From an uncultured bacterium (GTDB lineage: Bacteria; Patescibacteriota; Minisyncoccia; UBA6257; GWB1-50-10), in NCBI GenBank assembly GCA_963713955.1, contig OY970216.1, forward strand, positions 72,075 to 136,074: a stretch of 64,000 nucleotides of DNA, given 5' to 3'. Below, piece after piece: positions 33,292 through 43,069 of the stretch. Under the pieces are notes generated by a model that saw nothing but the letters and a program-made list of their open reading frames with translations, had not been told where the DNA came from and did no database searches. Position 1 is the first letter of the stretch. Every line of letters starts with the position of its first letter. Made by a program: the position numbers and the translations under genes.

Positions 33292-35448
33292 ATGTCCTTC
33301 AAAATAAAAAAGAGAGGCGGGAAAAGAATTGTGCCGGAAGCGATGTTGGTTCTCTCATCGCTTCTCACGATCGCGGTCGCTGCCTCCGTCGTATACGTCA
33401 TCATACTCGTGAGGACTCTCCCGACGCCGGATCAATTCCAATTCCACCAGACAAGCCAATCGACCAAGATTTACGACAAAACCGGTACCGTGCTCCTCTA
33501 CGAGATACACGGCGAGGAAAAAAGGACCGTCATACCATTTTCCGACATACCGGCATATCTCAAGGAAGCAACGATCGCCATTGAGGACGCAAACTTTTAC
33601 ACAAGGCCGGCTTTCGATTGGGAGGGGATACTCCGATCAATTTGGGCCGACATAAGGGCCGGCGCGCCGGTTCAGGGCGGATCAACCATAACCCAGCAGC
33701 TTGCCAAAAATATATTCCTCACGTCAGCAAAAACGCTGAGCCGCAAAGTAAAGGAATTGATTTTAGCCGTAGAACTGGAATCGAAATATTCCAAAGATCA
33801 GATCTTGGATTATTACCTGAACCAGATACCGTACGGCTCCAACGCCTACGGCGTCGAAGCCGCGAGTGAGACTTACTTCGGAAAGCCGGCAAAAGACCTC
33901 GACCTGGCGGAATCGGCAACCATCGCGAGCCTCCCCCAAGCCCCGAGTTACTATTCTCCCTGGGGCGACCACGTGAGCGAGCTTGTTTCGAGGCAGCACT
34001 ACGTTTTGGAAAGAATGGCCGATCTCAGCTATGTAACGAAAAGTGAGACCCAGGCCGCCGAGAACGAAAAACTGGACTTCGCTCCCGCGTCGCTTGGGTC
34101 TATAAAGGCCCCCCACTTTGTCATGGCCGTCAAGGACTATCTCACCAACAAATACGGCGAAGACATGGTCATGAATGGCGGGCTTAAAGTGATCACGACT
34201 CTCGATTGGAGTATGCAACAGGCCGCCGAGGAAACAATAAAAACCGGCGTCCTGCGGAACGCGAAGCTCTACGACAGTAAAAACGCGGCACTCTTGGCTG
34301 AGGATCCGAAAACGGGCCAAATCCTCGCCCTCGTGGGATCTGCTGATTACTTCGATGAGAGTATTGATGGAAACTTTGACATGCCCCTCCAGGGGCTCCG
34401 ACAACCGGGCTCATCCCTGAAACCTTTCGTTTATTTGAAGGCTCTGGAGGACGGCTATTCGCCGAACACGGTCGTCTGGGATGTCCCCACTGAATTTGTG
34501 CCCGGAAACCCGATATGCAAAACTATACCCGACTTCAACGACAATTCAACTGATTACCGGACTAACTGCTTCCATCCCCAAGATTTCGAGAACTTCCAGG
34601 GACCAGTTGAATTCGAGCAGGCGCTCCCTCAATCGATAAACGTCGCAGCCGTCAAGGTGCTCTACCTTGTGGGCCTCCAGAACATCCTCGACGAATTAAA
34701 AAACTTCGGGATAACGACTCTCAACGACCCCTCCCGTTACGGTCTTTCTCTGGTTCTTGGGGGGGGTGAAATAAAATTAATAGATCTTATAAAAGCCTAC
34801 TCCGTTTTGTCGCAGGAGGGGATCCTCCACGACCAAAGCATGATTTTGGAAGTCGACGATTCTAATGGAACTGTCTTGGAAAAATACCAGGACAGTTCGA
34901 GGGTAGTCGATAATCCAACTTATATACGATGGATAAATTACATCCTTTCCAACGCCGATCTCCGGGCACCCCTTTACCAAGCGAGTTTAAATCTCACCGT
35001 ATTCCCCGGCCACGCTGTCGCCCTGAAGACGGGGACAACCAATGACTACCGGGATGCTTGGGCGATGGGCTACACTCCGTCGCTTGCCGTCGGCGTCTGG
35101 GCAGGCAATAGCGACAACACCCCAATGCAGAGAAATGGGTCGAGTATTCTGGCGGCCGTACCCATGTGGAGCGATTTTCTAAACAAAGTTCTTCCTTCTT
35201 ACCCCGATGAGCAATTCACGTCGCCGGATCCCTTATCCCCATCCCCCAAACCCATGCTGAACGGGCAGTACGTAAACAATTCTCAAATTCACTCTATATT
35301 GTACTACGTGGACAAAAACAATCCCACGGGACCAGTGCCCGCAAGTCCGGCAAGCGATCCCCAATTCATTGATTGGGAGGCTGGCGTCCTCAATTGGGCC
35401 TCTCAAAACATACCCAACCTTTCCTCCTACAATAGATTTACCCCCTGA
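33292..35448 (+). CDS. Class A penicillin-binding protein (PBP1A-type glycosyltransferase plus transpeptidase)
   Basis: The signal anchor is followed by the GT51 motifs IAIEDANFY and GGSTITQQLAKN. The transpeptidase domain has SSLKP-like (GSSLKPF), SxN and KTGT (KTGTT) motifs. Confidence 0.9.
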   Translation: MSFKIKKRGGKRIVPEAMLVLSSLLTIAVAASVVYVIILVRTLPTPDQFQFHQTSQSTKIYDKTGTVLLYEIHGEEKRTVIPFSDIPAYLKEATIAIEDANFYTRPAFDWEGILRSIWADIRAGAPVQGGSTITQQLAKNIFLTSAKTLSRKVKELILAVELESKYSKDQILDYYLNQIPYGSNAYGVEAASETYFGKPAKDLDLAESATIASLPQAPSYYSPWGDHVSELVSRQHYVLERMADLSYVTKSETQAAENEKLDFAPASLGSIKAPHFVMAVKDYLTNKYGEDMVMNGGLKVITTLDWSMQQAAEETIKTGVLRNAKLYDSKNAALLAEDPKTGQILALVGSADYFDESIDGNFDMPLQGLRQPGSSLKPFVYLKALEDGYSPNTVVWDVPTEFVPGNPICKTIPDFNDNSTDYRTNCFHPQDFENFQGPVEFEQALPQSINVAAVKVLYLVGLQNILDELKNFGITTLNDPSRYGLSLVLGGGEIKLIDLIKAYSVLSQEGILHDQSMILEVDDSNGTVLEKYQDSSRVVDNPTYIRWINYILSNADLRAPLYQASLNLTVFPGHAVALKTGTTNDYRDAWAMGYTPSLAVGVWAGNSDNTPMQRNGSSILAAVPMWSDFLNKVLPSYPDEQFTSPDPLSPSPKPMLNGQYVNNSQIHSILYYVDKNNPTGPVPASPASDPQFIDWEAGVLNWASQNIPNLSSYNRFTP

Positions 35449-36544
35449 TCGGCATCACGATATACCGGGTTCCCTGCTCCTTGGGACTCGCTATTTCCGC
35501 TGCTTTGTCCGGAGAATTAAGATTCAAGCTTATTTCCTTGCCACCGTAAATCCTCAACCCGTCAAGGAGATACTTCCAATTGAAGATGGTGGTGAATTCA
35601 TCCCCTTTTATTTTTGCCGGTATATTGTAGCGACTCTCGCCAACCGAGCTCTCGGATGAAAAAACTTCCAAAAACTTCCCGTTCTCGCCCGCTTTCAACT
35701 TGATATCATTGGCCTTGCCGGAAAAGGTCCCCACGAGTTTTATAGCGTTGGCAAATTCCTCTTTATCGAGAAGGACTTCGGTCTTGAAGCCTTTCGGGAC
35801 TATCGATTTGTAATCGGGGAATGATCCGTCTATCGTCCGGGAGATGATTTTTTCCTTCTCGCTCTCAATCAGCACTTGGTTCGAGTCAACAAAGAGCGAA
35901 ACTTCATCGGAACCACCAAACATCCGGAGGGCTTCCTGAACCGTCCTGATTGGCATGATCAGCGAGAAATCCTCCAGAGTCGACTCAAATCTTCCGTCCC
36001 CAATTTTCACCTCAGAAAGGCGGAAACTGTCCGTACCGACGAAGGTGAGGGCCCCGTCGGACTGGCTCAAGTAAACTCCGCTTATTTCCGGCCTTATCGC
36101 CGAATACTGCACGGAAATGGACGAGTTCCTCAAGACGTACCTAAACTCATCTGTTTTTATTTTTATGTTCTGTTTCCGGTTCGCCACCTCGGGGATGATC
36201 GGAAATTCCTTCGGGTCCCCATCCTGGATAACCCCCTCGTAATTATCAGAACTTACCAATATCTTTCCCCCTCTCCCCTCGACCGTTATTCTTTCGGAGT
36301 TCAGGTTTCTCACAACGGAACTAAAAACAGAAAACGGAACGACCAGCTCGCCACCCTCAAGGACTTTCCCGGAAGTGGAATACTCCACCGCTATCTCGAG
36401 GTTTGTCGAAACAAAAACGATGTCTCCCCCCTGCGCTTTGATGAGAAAATTTTTCAATATCGGTAAATTGACGTTTTCGCCGACGCCCCGCTCAACGCTC
36501 GACAGCGCTTCTAATAGGTTTGTTCTTAATATAATTACTTTCAT
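35438..36544 (-). CDS. dnaN: DNA polymerase III beta sliding clamp
   Basis: 368 aa beginning MKVIILRTNLLEALSSV, with a three-domain beta-clamp pattern. It lies directly downstream of dnaA. Confidence 0.88.
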   Translation of the reverse strand: MKVIILRTNLLEALSSVERGVGENVNLPILKNFLIKAQGGDIVFVSTNLEIAVEYSTSGKVLEGGELVVPFSVFSSVVRNLNSERITVEGRGGKILVSSDNYEGVIQDGDPKEFPIIPEVANRKQNIKIKTDEFRYVLRNSSISVQYSAIRPEISGVYLSQSDGALTFVGTDSFRLSEVKIGDGRFESTLEDFSLIMPIRTVQEALRMFGGSDEVSLFVDSNQVLIESEKEKIISRTIDGSFPDYKSIVPKGFKTEVLLDKEEFANAIKLVGTFSGKANDIKLKAGENGKFLEVFSSESSVGESRYNIPAKIKGDEFTTIFNWKYLLDGLRIYGGKEISLNLNSPDKAAEIASPKEQGTRYIVMPIRG

Positions 36545-36695
36545 AAGTAGTAGTTGTTCCTGTGTTTTTGTGTATAACTCAATTATACTCCTCTTTTACG
36601 TCGTTTTGCGCCCTCTGCTTTTCTAATAACCTGGGGACAAAATATTCATTTGCGTTTTTCTGTCTTTGATTTTCTTTTAACCTTCCCCACCCTTT
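36545..36695. promoter_or_regulatory. dnaA-dnaN intergenic region with DnaA-box-like 9-mers
   Basis: TGTGTATAA matches the DnaA box at 8 of 9 positions, and TTATACAAT matches at 7 of 9, within an AT-rich stretch. Confidence 0.3.
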
Positions 36696-38066
36696 CTACA
36701 TCTTATACAATCTCTCTTTGATGAGCATTACTTTCTGGTTGAGTGCCGGATTTTGATTCATCCCGGATAATATTTTTTCGCAGGCGTGTATGGCCGTGGT
36801 GTGGTCCCTCTTGCCAAGCTTTTCTCCGATGTGCGGGTAAGACAACTTCAGGACGTCGCGCATGAGGAACATGGCTATCTGCCTCGGTTCGACGATTTCT
36901 TGTTTCCTGCCTTTACTGGTCATTTCCGAAGCGGGTATCTCAAAAAAATCTGCAACGGTCCTAATAATATCCCCTGCCGTTATATTCTTGGGCGTTACCT
37001 GTATCGCCTCGCTTATTATTTCATCAAGTTTTTTGCTGTCTATTTTTTGGTTTTTATACTGCTCATAGAACATAACCTTGTTCAAAACGCCCTCCAATTC
37101 CCTCATATTTCTCTGCACCTTGGAGGCTATTTCTTCAAGGATACTCTCTTCCACGAAGATCGATTGGACCTGTGATTTTGTTTTAAGGATGGCGAGGCGC
37201 ATCTCGTAGTCCGGATATGTTATGTCCGCAATCATGCCGCCCTCGAATCTTGATCGTAATCTCTCTTCTAGCGTCGGTATGGCCGACGGCGGCCGGTCGG
37301 AAGAGATGATTATCTGTTTGCTGTTTTCGTAGAGCGTGTTGAAGGTGTAAAAAAATTCCTGCTCCGTCGCCGTCTTGCCGCCGATGAATTGAACGTCGTC
37401 TATGATGAGGACGTCGACGTCGCGGTATCTTTTCTTCATATCCTCGGTTCTCCTGTTGCGGAGGGCCCACACCACGTCGTTTATGAATTTCTCCGACGAG
37501 GTATAGAGAACCCTCACGGAATTTTTGTAGTGTCCCGCTATCTCGTTCCCAGTCGCTTGGAGGAGATGCGTTTTGCCGAGCCCCACGCCGCCGTAAATGA
37601 AGAAGGGGTTGTACTTTTTCCCGACGTTCTTGACGATGGCTTGGGCTGCGGCGACTGCAAGCTCATTGGAGGATCCGACGACGAAATTTTTAAACGTATA
37701 CTTTGGGTTGAGATTCGTCTTGGGGTCAACTTTCACGTCGAGAAGAGTTGATTGGAGATCTTCTCCTCGTTTTTTCTGGTCCTTTTCCGTATTGAGGGTT
37801 CCGTTTTGCGAACCCCGGTTTACGACCACATAGTCGACGTTCTTTATCGATCCCTCAAAACTCCTCAGCGAGGTGAGGATGATTTTGTGATATCTGTTTT
37901 TGACCCATTCCTTGGCAAAATTATTCGGCAGTCCCACGAGCACAACCCCCTCTTTTTTATCGAGGCTGACGAGTTGACTGTTTTTAAGCCATGTCAGAAA
38001 GTTCGGCTTTGATATCTGCAATTCCACGTCGCCCAAAACACTTTTCCAAATTTCTTTTTCTTCCAT
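36696..38066 (-). CDS. dnaA: Chromosomal replication initiator DnaA
   Basis: 456 aa with Walker A GGVGLGKTHLL, an AAA+ core, and the C-terminal DNA-binding domain (...TAIHACEKI...). Confidence 0.92.
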   Translation of the reverse strand: MEEKEIWKSVLGDVELQISKPNFLTWLKNSQLVSLDKKEGVVLVGLPNNFAKEWVKNRYHKIILTSLRSFEGSIKNVDYVVVNRGSQNGTLNTEKDQKKRGEDLQSTLLDVKVDPKTNLNPKYTFKNFVVGSSNELAVAAAQAIVKNVGKKYNPFFIYGGVGLGKTHLLQATGNEIAGHYKNSVRVLYTSSEKFINDVVWALRNRRTEDMKKRYRDVDVLIIDDVQFIGGKTATEQEFFYTFNTLYENSKQIIISSDRPPSAIPTLEERLRSRFEGGMIADITYPDYEMRLAILKTKSQVQSIFVEESILEEIASKVQRNMRELEGVLNKVMFYEQYKNQKIDSKKLDEIISEAIQVTPKNITAGDIIRTVADFFEIPASEMTSKGRKQEIVEPRQIAMFLMRDVLKLSYPHIGEKLGKRDHTTAIHACEKILSGMNQNPALNQKVMLIKERLYKM

Positions 38067-38297
38067 GGGTTTGCTTTCTTAAGGGAATGAAAACCTTATG
38101 ACAATGATAAAGGTATTTCGAAAAGTTGCAACATCGATTCTCACGGCTGCTGTGGTTTAACTGTGGACGGGGTGTTGATAATTTATGACGAGTCTCGGTG
38201 AGGCGAAAAAGTGGGTAAGACTTGGGCTAGCGCCCCGGAGCGCACACTTTTTCGCCTCACCGAGACTCTTCCTTTGGTGTGAGAGTGATGGTACAAT
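38067..38297. promoter_or_regulatory. dnaA-rpmH divergent intergenic region; candidate oriC portion and divergent promoters
   Basis: The dnaA(-)/rpmH-rnpA-yidC-jag(+) arrangement is classical. Imperfect DnaA-box-like sequences occur (TGTGGTTTA, TGTGGACGG). The region contains copy 2 of the palindromic repeat. Confidence 0.4.
38190..38268. repeat. Palindromic repeat element, copy 2 (core inverted relative to copy 1)
   Basis: GAGTCTCGGTGAGGCGAAAAAGTG-[GGTAAGACTTGGGCTAGCGCCCCGGAGCGCA]-CACTTTTTCGCCTCACCGAGACTC. Confidence 0.8.
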
Positions 38298-38432
38298 ATG
38301 AAAATGTCGAGAACATACCAGCCAAAGAAGAAGAAGAGGGCAAGAACCCACGGTTTTTTGAGAAGAGCGAAGAAAAACCCCCACATCCTGAAGAGTAGAA
38401 GGAGGAAGGGGAGAAAGAGGCTCTCGGTATAA
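38298..38432 (+). CDS. rpmH: Ribosomal protein L34
   Basis: MKMSRTYQPKKKKRARTHGFLRRAKKNPHILKSRRRKGRKRLSV, 44 aa, and below the ORF-track cutoff. Confidence 0.9.
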   Translation: MKMSRTYQPKKKKRARTHGFLRRAKKNPHILKSRRRKGRKRLSV

Positions 38433-38434
38433 CC

Positions 38435-38674
38435 GTGGAGGTTTTGCTGAAAAGAGTGGGTGGTGGAGGGAGGAAGAGATCTCTCCTTGTTGTCGGCAAG
38501 TCTGTTTCGAAAAAATCCGTCGAGAGGAATCTGATTAAAAGGAGGGTGAGAGCGATCTTAAGGCCGTTTGAGGGGAAGGGAGAAGTTTTCTCTCTTGTTG
38601 TGAAAAAGGGAGCTCTCCACCTCAGCTTTCAGGAGCTGAAAAGAGAGATAGAGTCGCAAATAAAAGTTCGATAA
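38435..38674 (+). CDS. rnpA: RNase P protein component
   Basis: A 79-aa basic protein directly after rpmH, with ...NLIKRRVRAILRPF.... The true start may be a non-ATG codon slightly upstream. Confidence 0.7.
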   Translation: MEVLLKRVGGGGRKRSLLVVGKSVSKKSVERNLIKRRVRAILRPFEGKGEVFSLVVKKGALHLSFQELKREIESQIKVR

Positions 38675-38679
38675 ATTTC

Positions 38680-39360
38680 ATGCAGGGCTTCATCAGCACC
38701 ACACTCTCAGCACCACTCCTCAGTGTCCTTGTTTTCATTTACAACACCATTGCTTTCCACGATCTCGGATTCGCCGTGATCATCCTTACGATTCTCGTGA
38801 GGATCGTTCTGCTTCCCTTCTTCTATAAGGGCGCCCGGGATCAGACAATCATGCAGCAGCTCCAGCCCCACGTGAAACATATCCAGGAAAAGCACAAAGA
38901 CGATAAGGGGAAACAGGCAGAAGCGCTCATGAAACTTTACAAAGAGCACAAGATAAATCCCTTCTCGAGCATCTTACTTCTCATCATACAAATACCCATC
39001 TTCATAGCTCTCTTTGATCTTTTCACCAATAAGATCAAGAGTTATGGTTTTGTGTCCCCGACGTTCCTTGGTTTATTTGATCTCACTTCCAAGAATCTCG
39101 TTGTCGTCATCGTCGCGGCGCTCTTCCAGTATTTTCAGACTAAGTCGATGATGGGGAAGCAGAACGTCAGCGGTTCGGCGGCGCAAGTGCAGAAAGTAAT
39201 GCTTTTCGCGGCCCCCCTCATCACCATTTTGATATTCGGGAACCTCCCGTCGGCGATAGGTCTTTACTGGCTCACATTCTCGGCCTTTTCTTTCATTCAG
39301 CAGATCTACATAAACAAGAAATTGCCGTCATTGCCGGCCATCGCCAGTCCCAAGAAGTGA
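38680..39360 (+). CDS. yidC: Membrane protein insertase YidC/Oxa1 (short form)
   Basis: 226 aa with 5 TM helices and conserved IILTILVRIVLLPF...LYKEHKINP. Confidence 0.85.
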   Translation: MQGFISTTLSAPLLSVLVFIYNTIAFHDLGFAVIILTILVRIVLLPFFYKGARDQTIMQQLQPHVKHIQEKHKDDKGKQAEALMKLYKEHKINPFSSILLLIIQIPIFIALFDLFTNKIKSYGFVSPTFLGLFDLTSKNLVVVIVAALFQYFQTKSMMGKQNVSGSAAQVQKVMLFAAPLITILIFGNLPSAIGLYWLTFSAFSFIQQIYINKKLPSLPAIASPKK

Positions 39361-39409
39361 ATCGGTGCGGGGTTGAAAAAGAGCCCAAAATAAGAGATAA
39401 TGGACGTCA

Positions 39410-39838
39410 ATGACGGGAATTTCGGATTATGTGAAAAGATTTTTCAGCTTAATGGGATTTGAGAGAGTCGACATCAACGTTGACGAGAGCTTGAGAAAAA
39501 TATCGATCGTGGTGGACGACGAGTTTTTCAGGTCCCAGATACCGAACGTTTTGCAACCCATAGAACACCTCATGAATCTCGCATTGAAAAGGGGCGAGAA
39601 ACAGCCGTTTATCGTCGATGTTAATTATTATCGCCGCGAGCGGGAGCGGTTGATCGTGGAACTTGCCAAGGCGGGGGCTAAGAAAGCGAAAATGTCCAAA
39701 TCCGAAGTGGCGCTGCCGCCCATGAATTCTTATGAAAGGCGCCTCGTTCACATGGAAATAGCGACGAACCCTGATTTGAAAACAGAGAGCTTTGGTGTGG
39801 GGAGAGAAAGGCACATTGTGATTGTGCCGATAAGCTAG
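39410..39838 (+). CDS. jag: Jag/KhpB-type R3H domain RNA-binding protein
   Basis: 142 aa with the C-terminal R3H motif SYERRLVHMEI, in its conserved position after yidC. Confidence 0.8.
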   Translation: MTGISDYVKRFFSLMGFERVDINVDESLRKISIVVDDEFFRSQIPNVLQPIEHLMNLALKRGEKQPFIVDVNYYRRERERLIVELAKAGAKKAKMSKSEVALPPMNSYERRLVHMEIATNPDLKTESFGVGRERHIVIVPIS

Positions 39839-41004
39839 GAAGGGAGCCTCACTTGGTAGAGCGAGTTGTCGTACCTGTTTATGAAGTAGAGATTCCCATT
39901 CCAGACAGTGACGTCTTTCGCGTCCATGATCGGTACGTTTGGCGCGCCGCTCAAGAGTACCGAGTTGGTATTTCCGGTCGCCGGGTTGTAATCGTAGAGA
40001 ACGTCGACGGAGTAGAAGGCCCTCTCAAGGTAATCATCCGGCATGACCAGGTTGGAAGTTATGTTCGTTGGGGAGAAGCAATAAAGATCCGAAGAAGAAG
40101 GCGTTGCCGATGAGTCGCATTTGTCCGGCAGCGTCGGGAACGGGAATTTGAAACTAGCAAGCGTGTCCGTATTTATCGTAATCGATCCGTTTCCAGTATT
40201 CTCGTATATCAAAGATCCATTGCTTGTCGGGATGGCATACAGGCCGGATTGGGGAGATAAAATCTCATTCAGGGAAAGGTTCTTGAGATTCATTTCCCAG
40301 ACGGAGGCGGCGTAACTTGCCGACGGCTCCTCGGTCACGATGAGCGTTGTGGAGGCGTGGAAAGCGAGATTTGCGCCGCTCATATAAAAGTTAGGCACTA
40401 TCACTTTTACCATGGGGGGATTCTTACTGAGATCCACATAAGACAGGGCATAGGATCCGGCGTTCGTCGTGACGCCGATGAGCTGATTAGTATTCGCTCC
40501 CCACACCACGTTTATGAGTGTTTGCGGGAGAGAAGACCATGACCCGTCGCCCGAGTTGTACACCGCCCAGCGCGGATTGCTCTGCCCCCCGAACGACACG
40601 AGGACTTTTGATCCGTCTAGGGAAGGCTCAACTGTGTTGAGACCGCTCAGGGTCTGATTCGATTCCGTCGAGTTTTGCCCACTCCCCGCGACCAAAACCT
40701 CTCCGTCGTTGGAGATGTATTTGACCTCGCCGGAATTTTTATCGAGCCAATATTTAAACACGTCGTGGTCTGATATCTTCATGACGATGGGGAGTGTTGA
40801 AGTACCGATCCCCGTCGTTGTTGTGGCGCCCGCTGCGCCGCCAGTTGCTCCGGTTGTTGTTCCTTGCGGGAGGGATCCGGTTTGGCCGGTCGAGGTAGTT
40901 GTTGTCGGCGGTGCTGGCTTGGGAACGAAGAACGTCCAGATGAAATACAGTGCCAAGATCACCCCGGCTACAATCCCCGCGTAAATTATCGTTTTTTTGG
41001 TCAT
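39835..41004 (-). CDS. Signal-anchored secreted protein (Thr/Gly-rich linker plus beta-rich domain); distal gene of the T4SS-like operon
   Basis: 389 aa. The N-terminal TM is YAGIVAGVILALYFIW, followed by a TTTTSTGQTG low-complexity stretch. Confidence 0.5.
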   Translation of the reverse strand: MTKKTIIYAGIVAGVILALYFIWTFFVPKPAPPTTTTSTGQTGSLPQGTTTGATGGAAGATTTTGIGTSTLPIVMKISDHDVFKYWLDKNSGEVKYISNDGEVLVAGSGQNSTESNQTLSGLNTVEPSLDGSKVLVSFGGQSNPRWAVYNSGDGSWSSLPQTLINVVWGANTNQLIGVTTNAGSYALSYVDLSKNPPMVKVIVPNFYMSGANLAFHASTTLIVTEEPSASYAASVWEMNLKNLSLNEILSPQSGLYAIPTSNGSLIYENTGNGSITINTDTLASFKFPFPTLPDKCDSSATPSSSDLYCFSPTNITSNLVMPDDYLERAFYSVDVLYDYNPATGNTNSVLLSGAPNVPIMDAKDVTVWNGNLYFINRYDNSLYQVRLPS

Positions 41005-41008
41005 GGCG

Positions 41009-41944
41009 TTATTTCAATTGAATGTGTACCTGGTCCTCCGTCTCCGTGGTACTGCATTTTATGCTTGTGCCCTGCACGGCGCTACAGATATCTTGGTGGG
41101 CCGAGGTGGTGTCAATGAAGGCGATACTTTGTTGAAGAGTATTAGCGTTGGCTTTCAGATAAGCTATCAGATTTGAGTCGCTTCTTAGGTCAAATACCGG
41201 TTCATTGGGGCCATGTGAAGCGTGGCCGGGTTCCGTACCCCCGGTTATCGTTACGTTGCAGTTGCAATTCGCTTTCAAGGTCGTCAAGAAGCTTACCGCG
41301 GAATCAGGCAGAAAGGCGACGCTGGTGCATCCCGTCGTGCACATGTTGGTGCAGTTGTTGTTCGTGCTGCTGTAAGATACGCCCGCTTTCTGGAGCGTGC
41401 CCATAATTTGGTCTTGGCTTTGGATGGTTGACGATGTGGGTTGGCCGACCGGATTGCAATCCTGTGGATATTGTGTCGCATAGCTCTCGGGCGTTGAAGC
41501 GCCGGCCGCCGGCTGGGCGCCGCTCGGGGCGGATGGTAGAGTCACCGCCGGAGCACTTGGCGGCGTGAGCGTGGTCAAATTGGGATTTATGGTTTTGAGA
41601 ATGAGGAAGGCGCTGAAGAGTATCACGAGGCCGAGAAGGGCGGACGTGATGAAGCTTCTCCCCTCCCGCTCCTTGTCGACGCTCCCCGAGATGGATATGT
41701 AAATCGATCCCCAGATGATCATGCCGACGGCCAGAATCCCCCCGACGCCGAGCGCGAACGTGTAGAGCGTTTGGATGTATCCTTCGAGCGTTGTCTGATC
41801 GACTGAATTGCAAACGCCGTTCACCACATTGATGCAGGGCGGGGAGTTGTAGAGAGTGAGACTGAGACCCGCAGCCCTGGTAACCGCGGGAGCAGTAACC
41901 AAGACGAGGACCACAACCAGTTTTTTAATCGTGTTATTTGACAT
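41009..41944 (-). CDS. T4SS-associated membrane protein with a Cys-rich C-terminal domain
   Basis: I place the start at MSNNTIKK (41944), which has a signal peptide; the track ORF begins at 42007. It has two TM helices (FALGVGGILAVGMIIW; ALLGLVILFSAFLIL) and then a Cys-rich extracellular domain (CTNMCTTGCTS...CNCNV). Confidence 0.45.
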   Translation of the reverse strand: MSNNTIKKLVVVLVLVTAPAVTRAAGLSLTLYNSPPCINVVNGVCNSVDQTTLEGYIQTLYTFALGVGGILAVGMIIWGSIYISISGSVDKEREGRSFITSALLGLVILFSAFLILKTINPNLTTLTPPSAPAVTLPSAPSGAQPAAGASTPESYATQYPQDCNPVGQPTSSTIQSQDQIMGTLQKAGVSYSSTNNNCTNMCTTGCTSVAFLPDSAVSFLTTLKANCNCNVTITGGTEPGHASHGPNEPVFDLRSDSNLIAYLKANANTLQQSIAFIDTTSAHQDICSAVQGTSIKCSTTETEDQVHIQLK

Positions 41945-42623
41945 AGAGGGTTGTTTGGGGTGAAGCCAATTCATAGGGGTTGTTGATGTTCCCGACGGAC
42001 GCACCAATGCTCACGCTCTGCCCGCTCGGCTGGTTCCCGACGTTCAGCGAAAGAGTGTTGTCTGAGCCGCCTGACGCTTGTTGTGATCCGTTTATGGTCC
42101 AGGAAAACGAGAAATCATTAAATGAGGATACGTTGAAAAAGTAAGGGATGAGAGATAAATTGATCGTTGAATTGGCGGGTATGAGCCCATTTGGGTAGGG
42201 CGCGTCGATGACGGCTTTGTACGAAGTGATGGGGATATTTTCAGAGCCCGAGATCGTCGTCCCGTCGGGCATTTGCACTTGTACGCTTACAAAATGTGAC
42301 CCGCCCGCCGTCTGGGTGACTTTGGAACTTGCTTGTTGCTGGCCAACCCCCCCGTCAAGGAAATTTTGATCCAAGTACCACAGGACGGGATCGTTCGAGA
42401 GATCAACCACCTTGCCGTTATTCAGGACTATGAGACTTAGGGATATCGATGATCCGTTGGTTGCGAGGACTTTGCCCGGGAAATCCGACGGGCTGTAGCC
42501 GCTCGAAGACCAGGTGATAATTGTCGAATACGAATTTCCGGGAGACGATTGGGCACCCGCCGTCGCCGCAGCGAGAATCACAAGGAACGCCGTGAGGATC
42601 GTTAGTTGTCGGTTGATGGTCAT
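41934..42623 (-). CDS. Secreted hypothetical protein (229 aa)
   Basis: The signal peptide is LTILTAFLVILAAATAGAQS, and the rest is a beta-rich Ser/Asn-rich region. Confidence 0.45.
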   Translation of the reverse strand: MTINRQLTILTAFLVILAAATAGAQSSPGNSYSTIITWSSSGYSPSDFPGKVLATNGSSISLSLIVLNNGKVVDLSNDPVLWYLDQNFLDGGVGQQQASSKVTQTAGGSHFVSVQVQMPDGTTISGSENIPITSYKAVIDAPYPNGLIPANSTINLSLIPYFFNVSSFNDFSFSWTINGSQQASGGSDNTLSLNVGNQPSGQSVSIGASVGNINNPYELASPQTTLYVK

Positions 42624-43069
42624 GGTAATTTTGAAAGAGCTCCCGCGACCTTGCTGGCGCCGGTTTTTTTCATAATCCCGGATATTGTTTTGTTGCTGTT
42701 CATGATGTCTGTGATCGCAAAGCCAACGGTTTTAAGGAAGAAAGCTCCCACGAGCGGTACTGAGCCAGCTAAGCCGGTGATAAGAAAGGCGTAATTTTTG
42801 ATGTGCTTCAGGAACAAATAGAACTGGATGAGAAGCGTCACGACTAAGCTCATGGCGGCGAGGAGGAAATAAGTGGGGATGCCGACGTAAGGGACCGCCT
42901 GGATGAGATCCCCCATGATTGCCACGAAGTCGACGAAAAGGAGAAGGGGGTAGATAATCAGACGCTCGCCCCAGCCAATCTCTATCACGGGTTCATCGCC
43001 GACGATCTTCTTCGCGGCGCTATCAATTCCTTCCTTGTCGAAGTCTAATGGTTTTAAATCTTCAGGCAT
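42620..43069 (-). CDS. Small polytopic membrane protein
   Basis: I place the start at the internal MPEDLKPLDF; the track ORF extends to 43150, inside virB4. It has 3 TM helices. Confidence 0.45.
   Translation of the reverse strand: MPEDLKPLDFDKEGIDSAAKKIVGDEPVIEIGWGERLIIYPLLLFVDFVAIMGDLIQAVPYVGIPTYFLLAAMSLVVTLLIQFYLFLKHIKNYAFLITGLAGSVPLVGAFFLKTVGFAITDIMNSNKTISGIMKKTGASKVAGALSKLP

Noticed and set aside
38157-38499. Minus-strand ORFs of 75, 67 and 80 aa across the dnaA-rpmH region.
   Set aside because: They are generated by the palindromic repeat (which reads open in both directions) and they overlap rpmH antisense. rpmH (L34) is unambiguous on the plus strand.
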